Below, piece by piece: positions 1 through 12,825 of a DNA stretch of 64,000 bases; the first letter of the stretch is position 1; the number at the start of each line of letters is the position of its first letter. Below the pieces are notes generated by a model. That model saw only the letters and a program-made list of their open reading frames with translations. It did not search any database and was not told the DNA's origin. Source of the stretch: Octopus sinensis (lineage: Eukaryota); the NCBI RefSeq assembly GCF_006345805.1, contig NC_043001.1:37944001-38008000 (forward strand). The letters are read 5' to 3'. A program made the position numbers and the translations under genes.

Positions 1-101
1 CCAGGATGGAAAAAAGGTTGTTTACAGAATGTTATTATGTACAATATGAATGTGCATTCATTATGTGTATATGTGTGCATGTGTGGTAAGTAGTTAGCTG
101 T

Positions 102-173
102 CTAAGCCTGCATAGAAGGTCTTATCTCTTTAGCATCTAACTGGATTCCAGAAGCAGAAAATCCACTTGCACC
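102..173 (-). CDS. NOSIP: NOSIP last coding exon (GASGFSASGIQLDAKEIRPSMQA*)
   Basis: 72 nt; acceptor ttttctttttgtAG; TAG at 104-102; matches the C-terminus GGTGFAGSG...RPVMQA. The 3' UTR runs off the window start. Confidence 0.96.
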   Translation of the reverse strand, partial: GASGFSASGIQLDAKEIRPSMQA

Positions 174-894
174 CTACAAAAAGAAAATGAATAAATACAA
201 TATAGTAAAGAGAATGTTAAAGAAAAGAGAAAAAAACATAGCTATAAGATAGCATGGCACAAATTCCATTTCTTCATTTCAGTTATCAATGTTCTTAGAA
301 AAGTTAAGAATGCCATAATTTTCCATTTCTTTTCACTAAAATATGAAGTAAAGATAATTATATAACAAAAAAAAGTAATAATTTGATGTCAACTTTATAA
401 CATCTAAATTATCAATAAAGTTAATACAAACATATACATCCAGAACCACACTAATAGCTTAGGAGTGAAATTTAGGATTTCTCGGTTTTCTGTGAATTGA
501 TTTTGATAAAACTTTTCCCACCTAGTTTACACATTAGGGGAACACTATTGTTATGGTTTCATTATTCTCTGTAATGTCTTTTCTTTTTTATTTCAGATTC
601 TTCAGTTTGGGGGTGAACCACGCTAATAGCTTTTGAATGAAAATAGCCCATTTAGACATTTTTTTTCAGAAAATGGAGAGTAATGATACATATTAAGCAT
701 AGATTGAGTGTATATTTAACAGAAAATCATAATAATATTATAACATTTATTAACATAGTGAATTATTTAGCCACATGAGTGCCATTTCAACAAATAACTT
801 CAAAAGCTCTATTAGTCTCTATTCGTCATGGAATCTGTCAATTGCTTAATAGTAGCTGGTGGGATAATTAAATTCCATAATCTTTAAATTGGAC

Positions 895-917
895 ATTACT
901 TTTGCACCAACCTGATA
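895..917 (-). repeat. Mariner-type terminal inverted repeat (solo)
   Basis: Reverse complement TATCAGGTTGGTGCAAAAGTAAT, one substitution from the Hsmar1/MADE1-type TIR as recalled; partner TIR not found. Confidence 0.5.
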
Positions 918-930
918 TATATTCTTTTAT

Positions 931-1320
931 TCTTTTACATGTTTCAGTCATCTGAGTGCAGCCATGCTGGAGCACTACCTTAAATAGTTTTAGTTGAAGA
1001 AACTGACCCCAGGACTTATTCTTCATAAACCTAGTACTTATTCTATCGGTCTCTTTTGCTAAACTGCTAAGTTACAGGGGCATAAACACACCAACAATGG
1101 TCATCAGTGTGGGTGGGGGGACAAACACTGACACAAAGACACACACAGAGAAACATATACATACATATATGATGGGGATTCTTTCAGCTTCTGTCTACCA
1201 AATCCACTCACAAGGCTTTGGTCAGTCCCAGGCTATAGTAAAAGACACTTGCTCAAAGTGCCACACAGTGGGATTGAACTTGGGAGCATGTGGTCGAGAA
1301 GCAAGCTTCTTACCACACAC
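931..1320 (-). mobile_element. tRNA-derived SINE family A
   Basis: Same consensus as 21812-22215. Confidence 0.85.
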
Positions 1321-1549
1321 ATATATATATATATATCAAATCATTGGGTCATTCCATAAATGTGTTTTTTTATACTTTTTTTATTTTTCAAAGTTAAGAC
1401 AAACAAAGTTCTTTTTTAATCTAAAATATATTCTCCTTCGTTTTCTACAATGCTCTTCCATCTATCTGGTAGACTTGCAAGGTCCCTCTTCTATAATTCA
1501 CTTGTCCATGACAAAAAATACTCCACCGGTACTGTTCTGACATTGTCTA

Positions 1550-3420
1550 CAGAATTCATATACTTTCCATCCAAATGATTTTGAGGACTGTAGAATAAAT
1601 GATAATCAGATGGGGTAATATCTGGCAAATATGGTGGGTGGGGCATCGTTCACTATTCAAACTGCTCCAGCCTTTGGAATGTCATCCTTGTTTAATTGGT
1701 CCCCTAGGTAACAGAAATTATCTACTACCTCTAGTGAGCCACCAGGGCATTTGAGAGAATCAATTTCCTGAGTCTTTATCATTTTTATGGATCCTGTATA
1801 TCTTCCACATACAAACACTGCTTCTCAGATAGCCTTCGTATTCATCCACAACAGCTCTCATGTCCATACCTTATACTGGTACACCATATGGAGTTCCTGC
1901 CTTACCTTTCCTACAAATTGAACAGGGCCACCTACTTGAAGTGGGTAGGATCCTGTCAGTTTTCTTGCTAACTAAGACCTTATTCTTTGCTAAGTTAACC
2001 TTAAAGCCCTTAAATTCCAGGTTTTGCTTCCACACCTGGAATTTCTCTTCTAGATCTGGTATGGAATCTGCTGTGAGAGCAAGATCATCAGCATATAGTA
2101 GTTCCCAGGGGCTGCCTGTCATGAATTCCTGTTATGGCCTGGAGGGCAATGATGAAAAGGAGAGGACTAAGGATTGAGCTTTGATGAACTCCTACCTGTA
2201 CACCAAATTCCTCACTGTACTCATAGTTAAATCTCACCTTACTGACAGTGTCTTTGTACATGATCTGTACAACTTTTTTGTACATGGCCTGTATAGCTTT
2301 CACCAGCCACTCTTCTATCCTTAGCCTCCATATCACACACTGGGGCACTCTATCGAAGGCTTTCACTAGATCAATAAATGCTAAGTATAATGGTTTATTC
2401 TTAGCTAAGTACTTCTCTTGCAGTTGTCTGACAATGGAAATAGTATCAGTTGTGCTTCTCCCTCAGACAAAGCCAATTTGCATTTCATCTAGCCTGATTC
2501 TGCTCCCAATTAATTGGGCTATAAGTCTCTCTGTAATTTTCATCACCTGATCCAGGAGTTTGATGCCTCTATAATTGCTTCTGTCTAAAGCATCACCCTT
2601 ACCCTTGTAGCAACTAACAATTATGCTGTTGTGCTAGTCACTGGGTATTACACCCTCTTGGATGATCTGATTAACTATGGGGGGGGGTGACTAGCCTGTA
2701 TCCTACCTTACCGGATATTTTAAGCATCTCAGCTGTGATTCTGGATGAACTAGGGGCTTTCATAGTTTTCATGTTTTTAATTGCCTTATCTACCATACTG
2801 CTGTCCACTAGGATAGCTGGTCCCTCTGTTGGGTTCACATGGGGGAGACTCCCTTTATCCCATTCATCCTCTACATCCAACAGTCTCACATAGTAACTTT
2901 TCCACATCACTAAGTGCAAGCATACCTTTATCCATCCATACACACTTCTCGCCAACAATATTTTGATTTTCACTAACATGCTGTCTACAATCTGGAACAC
3001 TTCAAGTCCTAGATCTTCACACTGTAGGACTTGGCAAAACTTCTCTTTTCTGCTTCTACCCTAGTTAGATAAACCTGATGTCTGGCTTCCCTTTTAACTT
3101 TTTGATATGATTCTTGGCTATCCCCTCTTTTTCATTCTTTCCAGGCCTGTCTCTTCTCTTCCATGGCCCTGTCAACATCACTGTTCGATCACCATGTCAC
3201 CCTTGGTCTGACATGGCAGGTTTTTCTGAAGTTAGTGCTGCAGATCAGTAAGTCTTGAGCATCACAAAACTCCAGCAGACTTGTCCCTTCTTCACTTCTG
3301 GAGCTAAAGCCATAGCCACCATGTACACCCTGGAAACCATTAGAGCATTTTCCAACAGGTCCATTTAAATCCACTACCATGATGAGAATATTGTATTTTG
3401 TCATCAAGGTAGCCCTTAGA
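1550..3420 (-). mobile_element. Degenerate RTE-clade LINE (endonuclease end + RT + Zn finger)
   Basis: DLNGPVG..GVHGGYGF..RSEEG endonuclease motif; KAFDRVP, GVHQSSILSPLLF, LLYADDL, WPCSICRKG; many stops and frameshifts. Confidence 0.9.
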
Positions 3421-3496
3421 AGGGATTTGTAGAAATATATAAATGTGTGTGTGTGTGTGAATGTGTATGTATAATATATACATATATATACATACA

Positions 3497-3757
3497 TGTG
3501 TCTAACACACGTGGACATGCCTACAAAGTCAGAAAACAGCACAGCTCCCATGACTTTCGGAAACATTTTTTCACGCTCAGGGTTGCTGAAGCATGGAATA
3601 AACTGCCTGCATCAGTTGTTGACTGCCATGACACTGCATCCTTTAAGGCCCTCATGCTTCCCGAAATCCGTCGAAACTACACCTGATTATATATACACTT
3701 TAGATGAGTTGTAGTGCACCTGAGCACTGTACACAATTATTATTATTATTATTATAT
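3497..3757 (+). mobile_element. CR1-clade LINE 3' fragment
   Basis: NTRGHAYKVRKQHSSHDFRKHFFTLRVAEAWNKLP followed by a (TAT)n tail; nearly identical to 48377-48640. Confidence 0.9.
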
Positions 3758-4354
3758 ATAGGTATTTTTGAGATTATAGCTTATTTAAGGGTGAGCAGTG
3801 AGTTTGTTGTAAAACATCAAATTTTCATACATATATAAAGTTTTCAAACTTCAATAATTCTGCAACAACTACTAGATATAATTGCTTTTCTGCAATAACA
3901 TTTTTTCAAACTTTAAAAATTCCTTAATAAGAATTCAAACTTTCAATTTTGTAATTTTTTCTTTTCTTCTTGAAATGTCAAAAATTTCTACCAACAGATA
4001 TTGTGGGCAGCTTAGTAGCAGTATAAATCCATGTAGAATTACATTTAAAAGGAGCCAAAATGCATGGAGAAGACATTTACTAATACTATTCTTCTAGCTT
4101 CAAGAAATGAGTTACTCTAGTGGATTAAATATCTTCAAGGAAATCAAAAAACAAACTTCTTAAATCATACAGCCTTACCCAGTGATCACTATATAAGTTT
4201 TATCATAAGCTTTTTTCTCTACTGGTTCAGGTTGAGTGTTTGCAAAAGAGCATCATCTGATTCAATCTTGATCATACACAGTACTAGTAGAACAGGTATT
4301 CTTATTTAACCTAAAGAAATATATTTTAAATTTATTTATAAAAAATGTACAAAC

Positions 4355-4463
4355 CCTTTGAAGACGAATAATATCTTTGTCAGTCAATTTCTTTCCATTG
4401 ATTGGATCAATCATGTCCTTTTTAATAATTTTTTCCACACACTCCATAGTTACCACTTTGCCC
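4355..4463 (-). CDS. NOSIP: NOSIP coding exon 8 (GKVVTMECVEKIIKKDMIDPINGKKLTDKDIIRLQR)
   Basis: 109 nt; matches VVTLECVEKLIRKDMVDPVTGDKLTDRDIIVLQR; acceptor aattacAG, donor GTTTGT. Confidence 0.97.
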
Positions 4464-5219
4464 CTGTAATTACAAAGTCATTTTATAATAAAACAAATTT
4501 AACAAATTGTATAAAGTAATTTATTTTTTAATTTCAATTATCAAATCAATTAAATATCAGAAAAAACTGGAGAGACTTAAGAAATAATTCTAACATGGTA
4601 AAGTATCCCTTTTTGGAAAATTCTTTTGCATAAGTTCACTATGTTTTCAAGAGTCTTAACCAAGGTCCTACCATAGAACTTAGCTAGTAAGTTATTTATA
4701 ATCAAAAATATTACCACTGTAAAGAATATTACAGGACAGTAGGTGGTGATCCACAGAACAACACAACTGAAATTTAGATTATTACAATACTGAATTATAG
4801 AAATAATAAAATCTGAAATGATAATTTCCAAGCTACATAGAACCAAATTTTTATAAAACTTTTAAAATTCTTATTTCAAGTTGATTTATTCAGACCCCAA
4901 ATTAATCCTTTCAATCCTTCCACACACAAGCATAATGGCCCTGGAGTTCCCCTCCCAGTTTTTGTTTTTCTTACAGTTGTCAACTTGAAGTTCAAGATGA
5001 ACATCTTGATGAATATCAACTGTATCGATCTCATCATTTTGGAAGGCCTGCAAAGACCATGGCACTAGTTCCATCTTCTGCCTGACAAAACAATTAAACT
5101 TCAAAGAAAATTTTAAAAGTTATAAAAGAATCTGGCTTCAATACTATTTAAAATAATGTCATAAAGAAGTTTAAAAAGTTATGGTTTTATAACAAGAATG
5201 TAAAAAAAAGCACACTTAC

Positions 5220-5290
5220 GATGTCTTCAAAGCAACGCAGGGTACAGAGTTACCCAGAACATCATTTGAAACAGCACATACATATCTAGC
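5220..5290 (-). CDS. NOSIP: NOSIP coding exon 7 (ARYVCAVSNDVLGNSVPCVALKT-S)
   Basis: 71 nt; matches RYVCAVTRDSLSNATPCAVLRPS; donor GTAAGT; ends in phase 2. Confidence 0.96.
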
Positions 5291-5984
5291 CTTAAAGGCA
5301 AACAAAAATTTAAAAGGGTTAACTGTTGGAAGGAAAACAATAAATGGAAATAATTGATAAAATGAATTAGCATTCTCTCTTACATGTTACATCGGATTTC
5401 TCTTGATATACCTTTGGAGCCTTTAGGCTTGTGGAATACATAACAACATCTCTAGTACTGATACCAAGATAAAAATGTACATTTTTTTTTTTAAGCGGCT
5501 GATATTATGAAGAGTATCTGCTAATAGAAGCATAACTAAAATTGGAATATATGAGTGAGACAGTCCAACCCATCATGGAGGGAAATAACTCCAAATAAAA
5601 GCTAACTTGTACTTTGACAATCCATCCAACTCATGCCAGCATGAGAAACAGACAACTGAAACATTATTGATGATGATGATGATGATGGGGTGGGGGGAAG
5701 AGGAGGAGGAATTAAATATGATTTATAAAAGAGCAAACTGTAAATTTTACTTAATAATAGTTTTAAACGTAATGTTAGGAACATACAAATTATTACTATT
5801 ATTGTTATTGTTATTTTCTTTTTCTCTCTCTTTCATTGTTTATTATTATTTATTTATATATTCATCATTATCATCATCGTTTAACGTCCGCTTTCCATGC
5901 TAGCATAGGTTGGTTGTTGCTTTGTTTTATACAAGCTGGATATGGCCTAGTCAGGTTGTCCACAAGGGAGTCGTGACCAACAAC

Positions 5985-7812
5985 AGGTGGAACAGCGTTA
6001 TAGTCAACTGTTACTAAGGTAAAGGTGACACCTTACACAGAAATAATTAGAGTTTATCAAATTGTTGGACCAGGCCATGAAAGTTAAAGAGAAAGTCATA
6101 GCTCAACTAATTAGGAAGAGAGTTAGCCTGAATGAGATACAGTTCAGTAGTGCTTCTCTCTAATGCTACATTCCTGGTAAGACAACTGCAGGAGAAACAT
6201 TTAGCAAAGAATAAACCTCTGTACTTGTCTATTGCAGATCTGGAGAAAGCCTTTGGCAGAACCTTCCACTCCTTTATCTGGTAGGCAATATGGAAGCTAG
6301 GGTGGTTGGTGATACGGGTACTAGCCATGTACAAGGATGTTGTCAGTAAGGTGAAGGTTGACAATGAGTATAGCAATGAATTTAGTGTGCAAATAGAAGT
6401 TCACCAAGGATCGGTTCTCAGTCCCCACTTGTCTATCATAGACTTCCAGGCCATAACAGAGGAATTTAAGACTGGCTGCCCTTGGAAGCTCCTCTATGCT
6501 GATGACCTTGTTCTTATAGCTGAATCACTATGAAATAGAGATGAAATTTCAGGTGTGAAAGCAAGGTCTGGAATATAAGGGCTTTAGAGTTAATTTGGTC
6601 AAGACATAAGTCCTAGTAAGTAGTAAAATGGACAAATCTCAAAACACTTCAGGGAGATAGCCCTGCTTGATATGTAGGAAAAGTGTTAGTGGAAATTCTA
6701 GTTAGTAGAAACACAGTGAACTCAGTGCAAGCTATGGACTTATAAGAGTTGTAGCAGTATCATAGGAAGGTTAAGATAAATGTAGTGCTTGTGTGTGGCA
6801 GATGTGCAGGTACAATAAACACTAAGAATGTACAGAGAATAGATTTCTTCAAATGTCTAGTGGGATAGCTTCTATTACCTAGGTGACCAAGTTAGCAGTG
6901 AAGGACGAAGTACTGAAAGTGTAGTTACTAGAATTAGAACAGGTTGAGCAAAGTTCAGAGAGCTACCACCTTTGTTGGTAACTAAGAGTCTCTCCCTATG
7001 AGTGAAAAGCAGATTGTATGATGCCTTTGTACATACAGTAATGCTACACCACAGTGAAACATGGGGTATGACTACAGAGGACATGTGAAGGCTTGAAAGA
7101 AATGAAGCCCATGGGTAATGTCAGTGTGTCTGTATGACAGAATGCAAATGATCTAAGGAAAATATTGGGTACAAGAGGCATCAGTGAGAGAAGACTTCCT
7201 TGGTATGGTCAGATGATGCATATGGATGAGGACAGCTGCATAAAGAAGAGCCAATTGAGGAAGGACCCTGTGGAAGGAGTAAACCCAGGGAGACACAGGA
7301 TGAAGTAGTGAGAAAGGATCTTCAGATGTTGCGCCTCACAGCAGAGATGACAAGGGACTGAATCTTCTGGTGGTTTGCTGTGCTTAAGACACATCTAGCT
7401 AAGTAAAATTTGGCTGTCCTAACATGGAGGTGTGTTTCCTAAGTCCCTCTCTCAGCTGAGGGGTCCTTCTCTTGAGAGTTTACAGATGCTGGTATTACAT
7501 AAAAAGCACTCATGCTGGTGTCATATTAAAAGCATATGTGCCAGTGCCCCATAAAAGCACCCATGTCAGTGCCATGTAGAAACACCCATTCCAGTGTCAC
7601 ATAAAAGTATCTCTATCAGTACCACATAAAAAGCACCCAGGACACTCTGTGAAGTGATTGGCATTAGGAAGGGCATCCAGCCATAGAAACCATGCCAAAA
7701 CAGACAAATGGAACCTGGGTAGTGCTCCAGCTAGCCAGTTACTCTCAAACCATAAGAACCCATACCAGCATGGAAAGCAGACATTAAATGATGATGATAA
7801 TGATGATGATGT
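5985..7812 (+). mobile_element. Degenerate RTE LINE (RT to 3' (GAT)n tail)
   Basis: DLEKAF, VHQGSVLSPHL, LLYADDL motifs; family 3' UTR ending ...ggaaagcagacattaaatgatgatg. Confidence 0.88.
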
Positions 7813-7959
7813 TCCAATTTTCATCCAGATATCTAAAGTAACAGCAAGTTGGAAGTTTTGCTATGGGTATCATTTAGGATCAGCAATGATATATTGTGTG
7901 GGAAGGAGACCAGAATCTGAGAATTAAGATTCTGTTAAGTTTGTAATATCTTAGTTTTG

Positions 7960-8860
7960 AAAACATTTTAAGACAATCAAGTACTTTGAAGTGGACAATA
8001 TTTTTCTTAGGATGTAGGCAGTACTCATGAGAACAATTTTTTGTAGTTCTGATACTTTTAGATTTCCTGGTATTTGGCGGTAGAGTTTAAGAGTGCTATT
8101 AGGTATAATCCCCAAAGATCTGATGATCACAGGGACTGTTGTTGTTCTTAGATGTCACATTTTTGAAACCTTTATTTCAAGGTCCTTGTATTTAATTAAA
8201 ATTTCAAATATTTTTTACAGAAGTGTTGCAGTCTGCTGGAATTGATATATCTATGAGCAAGCATGTTTTATCAATGTGATTTTTTTTTTTTTAGATTTTT
8301 TTATCTTAGTATCTTGAATTATTGGCCAGATTAGCTTGATCAGTTTGAATTCTAAAGTACAAAAGAATGGTGATACCTTTATCTTCTACTACTTTACCAG
8401 TTCTTCTCATATGGAAGTTCAGACTTACAGCATATAATCCAGTGCAAATACAGACTAAGCCCTTCATGGTAATTAATATATTCAGAGATGAGGTGGTCAA
8501 TTGTTTTTATGGTCGCACCACAAACACAACTGGTAGGATCAGCTCTATTTTTAAGAATGTTTCCTTGGTAGTTTCTTGCAGGAAGACATTATTCCTGAGC
8601 AACTATAATTAAGTCCTATGTCCAGATGTGGCCAACTACTGATGGATCATATTTGTATCAACATCAGAATCACTTGCGTCTCTAGAGTATTTGTATGAGG
8701 TGATTTACTTTTCTATCTATTTCACAGCTCTGAGATTCCATTTGATTTGGTTTGTGTTTGTTTTACTTTCAGAGTGGATTCTTTTGTTTCATCTAATGAG
8801 AGCGCAGTGGATTAATAGGAAGATTATCAGGGAATGTAGTGTTCATATGTGGAAGATGTA
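7960..8860 (-). mobile_element. R4/Dong-like LINE (restriction-like endonuclease) C-terminal fragment
   Basis: Manual translation gives LPARNYQGNILKN..DPTSCVCG..IKTIDHLIS, YLHWIIC, ITILLYFRIQTD, KYKDLEIKVSKM and TVPVIIRSLGIIP; decayed. Confidence 0.78.
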
Positions 8861-8869
8861 CAGGATCCA

Positions 8870-9800
8870 TAAAAACTAGAGAGACTAAGGATATTGATTC
8901 TCTCAAATGCCCTAGTGGCATTTCTGCTACCTATATAGCATAACTATCTGCTACCGAGGGAACCAAATAAGTAGTGGGGGAGGATGCATGGAGATTGTGA
9001 TAGCTAGAATAAGAATAGGATGGAGGAAATTCAGAGATTTGTTACCTCTGTTGGCTACGAAGGGCTTCTACTACATGGTGGTGAGATGTGGGTCTTGAAT
9101 GCAGAGGACATGTGAAAGTTAGAAAGAAATGAGGCTAGTATGCTCTTCTGGATGTATAATGAAAGCGTACATGTTTGACAGAATGCTAGTGCTTTGAGAG
9201 AGAGGTTAGGCATAGAAGGAATTAGTTTCTGTGTGCAAGAGAGAAGACTGCACTGGTTTGGGCATGCGGTGCAGATGGATGCCGACAGCACCATAAAGAA
9301 GTGCCAAAATCTCAAAGTAGATGAAACATGTGGAAGTGGGAGACCCAGGAAGGCAGGGGATGAAGTGCTGAAGAATGATCTCAGGAAGCTGAACCTTTCA
9401 GGCAAGATGACAAAGGACCAAGTTGCTTGGAACCTTGCTGTACTCAAGAAGACCTGTACTCTGCAGCAGAAGTGCTCAGACTGGTCCCCACCAGTGGTGA
9501 GGATTGAACTGCAAGAGTCCTGGGCTGGTGTCACATAAAAAGTGCTCATGGTAGTGTCACATACAAGCACCCATGAGGCACTACATAAAAGTGCCCGTGC
9601 AGTGCCACATAAAAGTACCTAGCACACTGTTAAGTGGTTGACATTAGGATGGGAATCCAGCCATAGAAACCATACCAAATCAGACTGGTTCTCCAGACCT
9701 CAATCAAACCATCCAACCCATGTCAACATGGAAAACAGATGTTAAACGATGATGATGATGATGATGATGACGACGACGACAACGACGACGACGATGATGA
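8870..9800 (+). mobile_element. RTE LINE 3' fragment
   Basis: VQERRLHWFGHAVQMD...GSGRPRKAGDE followed by the family 3' UTR and a (GAT)/(GAC)n tail. Confidence 0.88.
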
Positions 9801-10072
9801 TACATCATTGTAATAAAGTAATGTGATAATTATGATGGTGTTAATTTTGCTAACTGTAATTGCACTCCTGGTTAATAATTGTATCATAGTTTTATATGAC
9901 TGAAGACAGTAAATCAACAGAATTGTTACAGTATAGGACAATGTTCTGTGGTAATTATTTTTGGCCCTTTGCATTCTCACTTCAACTCTTACCAAAGCCA
10001 GCTTTGTTTTTTTATGTTTCCAGGGCTGATAGTAAAGTACTAGTTGTTCAATGCTGTACTGGTGTTGATTTT

Positions 10073-10111
<39 letters not shown>

Positions 10112-10498
10112 TACAGAAATGCTATACTGTCAAGATATAGTTGCGGGAGATTACTCATTATGTTCCTTTCTTCTAAGAAATTATGGATAGTTTTGCTTAG
10201 AGCTGGCAGCCTCTTTCTCTTTTTGCATGCTACAAAAACATCCAAAGAAATCAGAGAATATTGTGAACAAGGATGGAGCTTTTTATGTGCCACTGGCAGA
10301 GGAGTCAGTCAGGAGACACTGGTATCAACCACTTTCAGATGATGCGTTTTACGTGCCACCGGAATATATATATATAATGTTAAAAGTACTAAATTAGTCA
10401 TTTAAAAATTTGTCCTGTCTAACCAGTTTGTGATAAAAACCTATATTATTAATGTTAGCAGAAAGTATATAAATTAGAAATGTGAAAGAAAAATTTAC

Positions 10499-10615
10499 CT
10501 GTTTTGTTATAAGGGAAGTCTTTGTATCCCTATCATTTATTGGTGTGAAAGTAATATCAATGAGATCTTTTAGCTTTATAGGTTTTCCACTCATTGGGCA
10601 ACGAACCTTTTCATC
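10499..10615 (-). CDS. NOSIP: NOSIP coding exon 6 (DEKVRCPMSGKPIKLKDLIDITFTPINDRDTKTSLITKQ)
   Basis: 117 nt; CPMSGKP motif; acceptor gtcattgtAG, donor GTAAAT. Confidence 0.97.
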
Positions 10616-11039
10616 CTACAATGACAAATAGCAGATAAGTTTACTGATATCAAAATAGTAAATAATTCATAGATCTGATACAGTATATATTTTCAGTGAA
10701 AAATAATGATTATCTGTACAACATATTGCTGAAAAATTATCATATGTCTTTCAAAAATATGTTTTCAAACATAAATGCTCACTGCAAGCGAATTATGTGT
10801 GAGTAAACAATTGGAAATAGTAAAATCCAAAAATTATTCTGTTTGTGGTGGATGGGTTTGCTTGAGTACAGAAATGCGCCACATTTCTCAGACCTCTGTC
10901 AAGTACAGCAATACACCACATATCTCAAATGCAGTAATTATTTTAATGCCAACTTACATTTCAGGGCCTAAGAAAAATGATGAAAATTTTATTTGCTTAG
11001 ATGAAAAGTGATTGAATAAAAAGAAAACATAATACTTAC

Positions 11040-11158
11040 AGGCTTTGTCATGACAGATGCACTAGCACTTGGAGTCAGACACGGCAACCAAAAACTAGGC
11101 AAAGCTTTGTCCTTTCCTTGTTTCATGTTACTAATACTTGTGCTACCACTAGTGCTTG
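11040..11158 (-). CDS. NOSIP: NOSIP coding exon 5 (STSGSTSISNMKQGKDKALPSFWLPCLTPSASASVMTKP)
   Basis: 119 nt; acceptor ttttatttgtcAG, donor GTAAGT; conserved KDKxLPSFWxPxLTP motif. Confidence 0.96.
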
Positions 11159-11402
11159 CTGACAAATAAAATAAAGTAATTCATAAATAAATAAATAAAT
11201 AAAACAATGAATAAATTATCATCATTATTATTTGAGTGTCTCTTTTCCCAAAGAACGGTATGGGTTTAACAGGCCTGTATTGAAGTACTGCTCTATTGGT
11301 TCTAAAGATTAAATTCTATTTAAGTAAAAACATACAAAACCAGGCTGAGAAATATATTCATACCTAAGACTATGTCTAAATCAACTGGACCCATTCTTCA
11401 AA

Positions 11403-11600
11403 ATCTATATAAAAATGGCAATTTCTGTCTGTCTGTCTGTCCATCTGTCTATTATCATCTTGGTGCCCAAACCAGGGAACCAATCTTCACCAAACTTTGT
11501 ATATAGGTTGAACTAACATCCAGTTCAATCATAGGCTAATTGGATTTCAATAAAAATGGACAGACTATGGGGGTAGGGCTATTACATGATAAAATGAGAG
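11403..11600 (+). mobile_element. Possible Helitron-like 5' terminus
   Basis: tctatataaaaatggc followed by (tgtc)n and a ccaatcttcaccaaactttg motif, like non-autonomous Helitron starts; no 3' CTAG/hairpin found. Confidence 0.35.
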
Positions 11601-11778
11601 GGGTGCAAAAGTGTTAGGTTCAGGGAAACGTGGCATAATAAGGGTGGCTGATATCATGGAAGGGGAGGAGACAGAAAGAGATAGATACACAGGGAATATG
11701 AAAGACAGACAGGGATGTCTTCCATATCTATAAAAGAGAGTTTGTATGCATGTGTGTGCATATCTTCCTTATGCATTT

Positions 11779-12689
11779 GAAAACTGAGTTGCTGATTTTG
11801 ATGTATGGGGTATCAAAAGATTCAGTAATCTTACAACTACCAAATGAACCTTATTTTCATTTACATATTTGCATTACAAACATCTTACATTCTAATTTTT
11901 TTCTATAAGTCAACAATCATAAACATTTTATACTACAACAACAATGACAATGTCCCATTTTCTATATGAGTGTGTGCCTTAAAAGACATCCATTTCTCTA
12001 TGTTATGATGAAATACAGTCATTCACTCTCACATGCACATGCACACATATATACAAAAAAGATGTATGCATATTTATGTATGTGTATATGAAAGATATGT
12101 GCATGTGAGAGAGATACAGAGAGAGAGACCGAGTAAGTGCTACTTATACATGACAGCACACACCTTCACTCATTCACTCACTCTCCTTCTTTTTCTCTAA
12201 CACACACACATGTCTGTACATCTTTCACTTTCTGCTCTCACTTCAAAGCAAATGTTGCAGTTTCACTTTCTCTTCTCTTTCAATTTCTGCTCTTTTCAAA
12301 GCATAAAGAAATAAAATATCTTTATGGAAATTAACAAAAACATTCAAAAACTGAGTTGCCAATTTTGACATATGAGGTATCAAATGATTCAGTAATCCTT
12401 CAGCTAACAAATAAATTTTATTTTCATTTAAGATGTCATATTTTCCATATCAGTGTGTACCTTAAAAGTCATCCACTTCTCTATATGTTATGAGGAAATA
12501 CAGTCACTCACTTTCTCTCTCGCATGCACATGCATACATATATACAAAAAAAAGATGTATGCATATGTATTTATGGACGTGTATATGAAAGATAATGTGT
12601 GTGTATGTGTGTGTGTGAGAGAGAGCGGGTGTGGGTGCCACTTACACATACAAGCAAAAAAATACATACATGACAGCACACACCTTCAC

Positions 12690-12730
<41 letters not shown>

Positions 12731-12825
12731 TCCATTTCATATACACATACATACAACTTTTATTTTCTGCTTTCACTTCAAAGCAAATGTCGCCTTTTCA
12801 CTTTCTCCTCTCTTTCAATTTCAAT
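11779..12825. repeat. Diverged ~570-bp tandem duplication
   Basis: aaaactgagttgc...gattcagtaatc...ccttaaaag.catcca...gaaatacagtca...ttcaaagcaaatgt occurs at ~11779-12290 and ~12347-12825. Confidence 0.75.

Noticed and set aside
4219-4284. C/D-box snoRNA-like layout on the minus strand in the last NOSIP intron (TACTG..ATGATCA...CAGA TGATG...CTGA..CAGTA)
   Set aside because: The C box is mismatched, and I could identify only ~8 nt of possible 28S complementarity. A snoscan or Rfam hit, or small-RNA reads, would be needed.
4577-5104. ORFs at 4577-4846 and 4886-5104 (-), and a plus-strand acceptor at ~4977 opening 36 codons
   Set aside because: No recognisable protein, no partner exons or donor; probably decayed repeat within a NOSIP intron.
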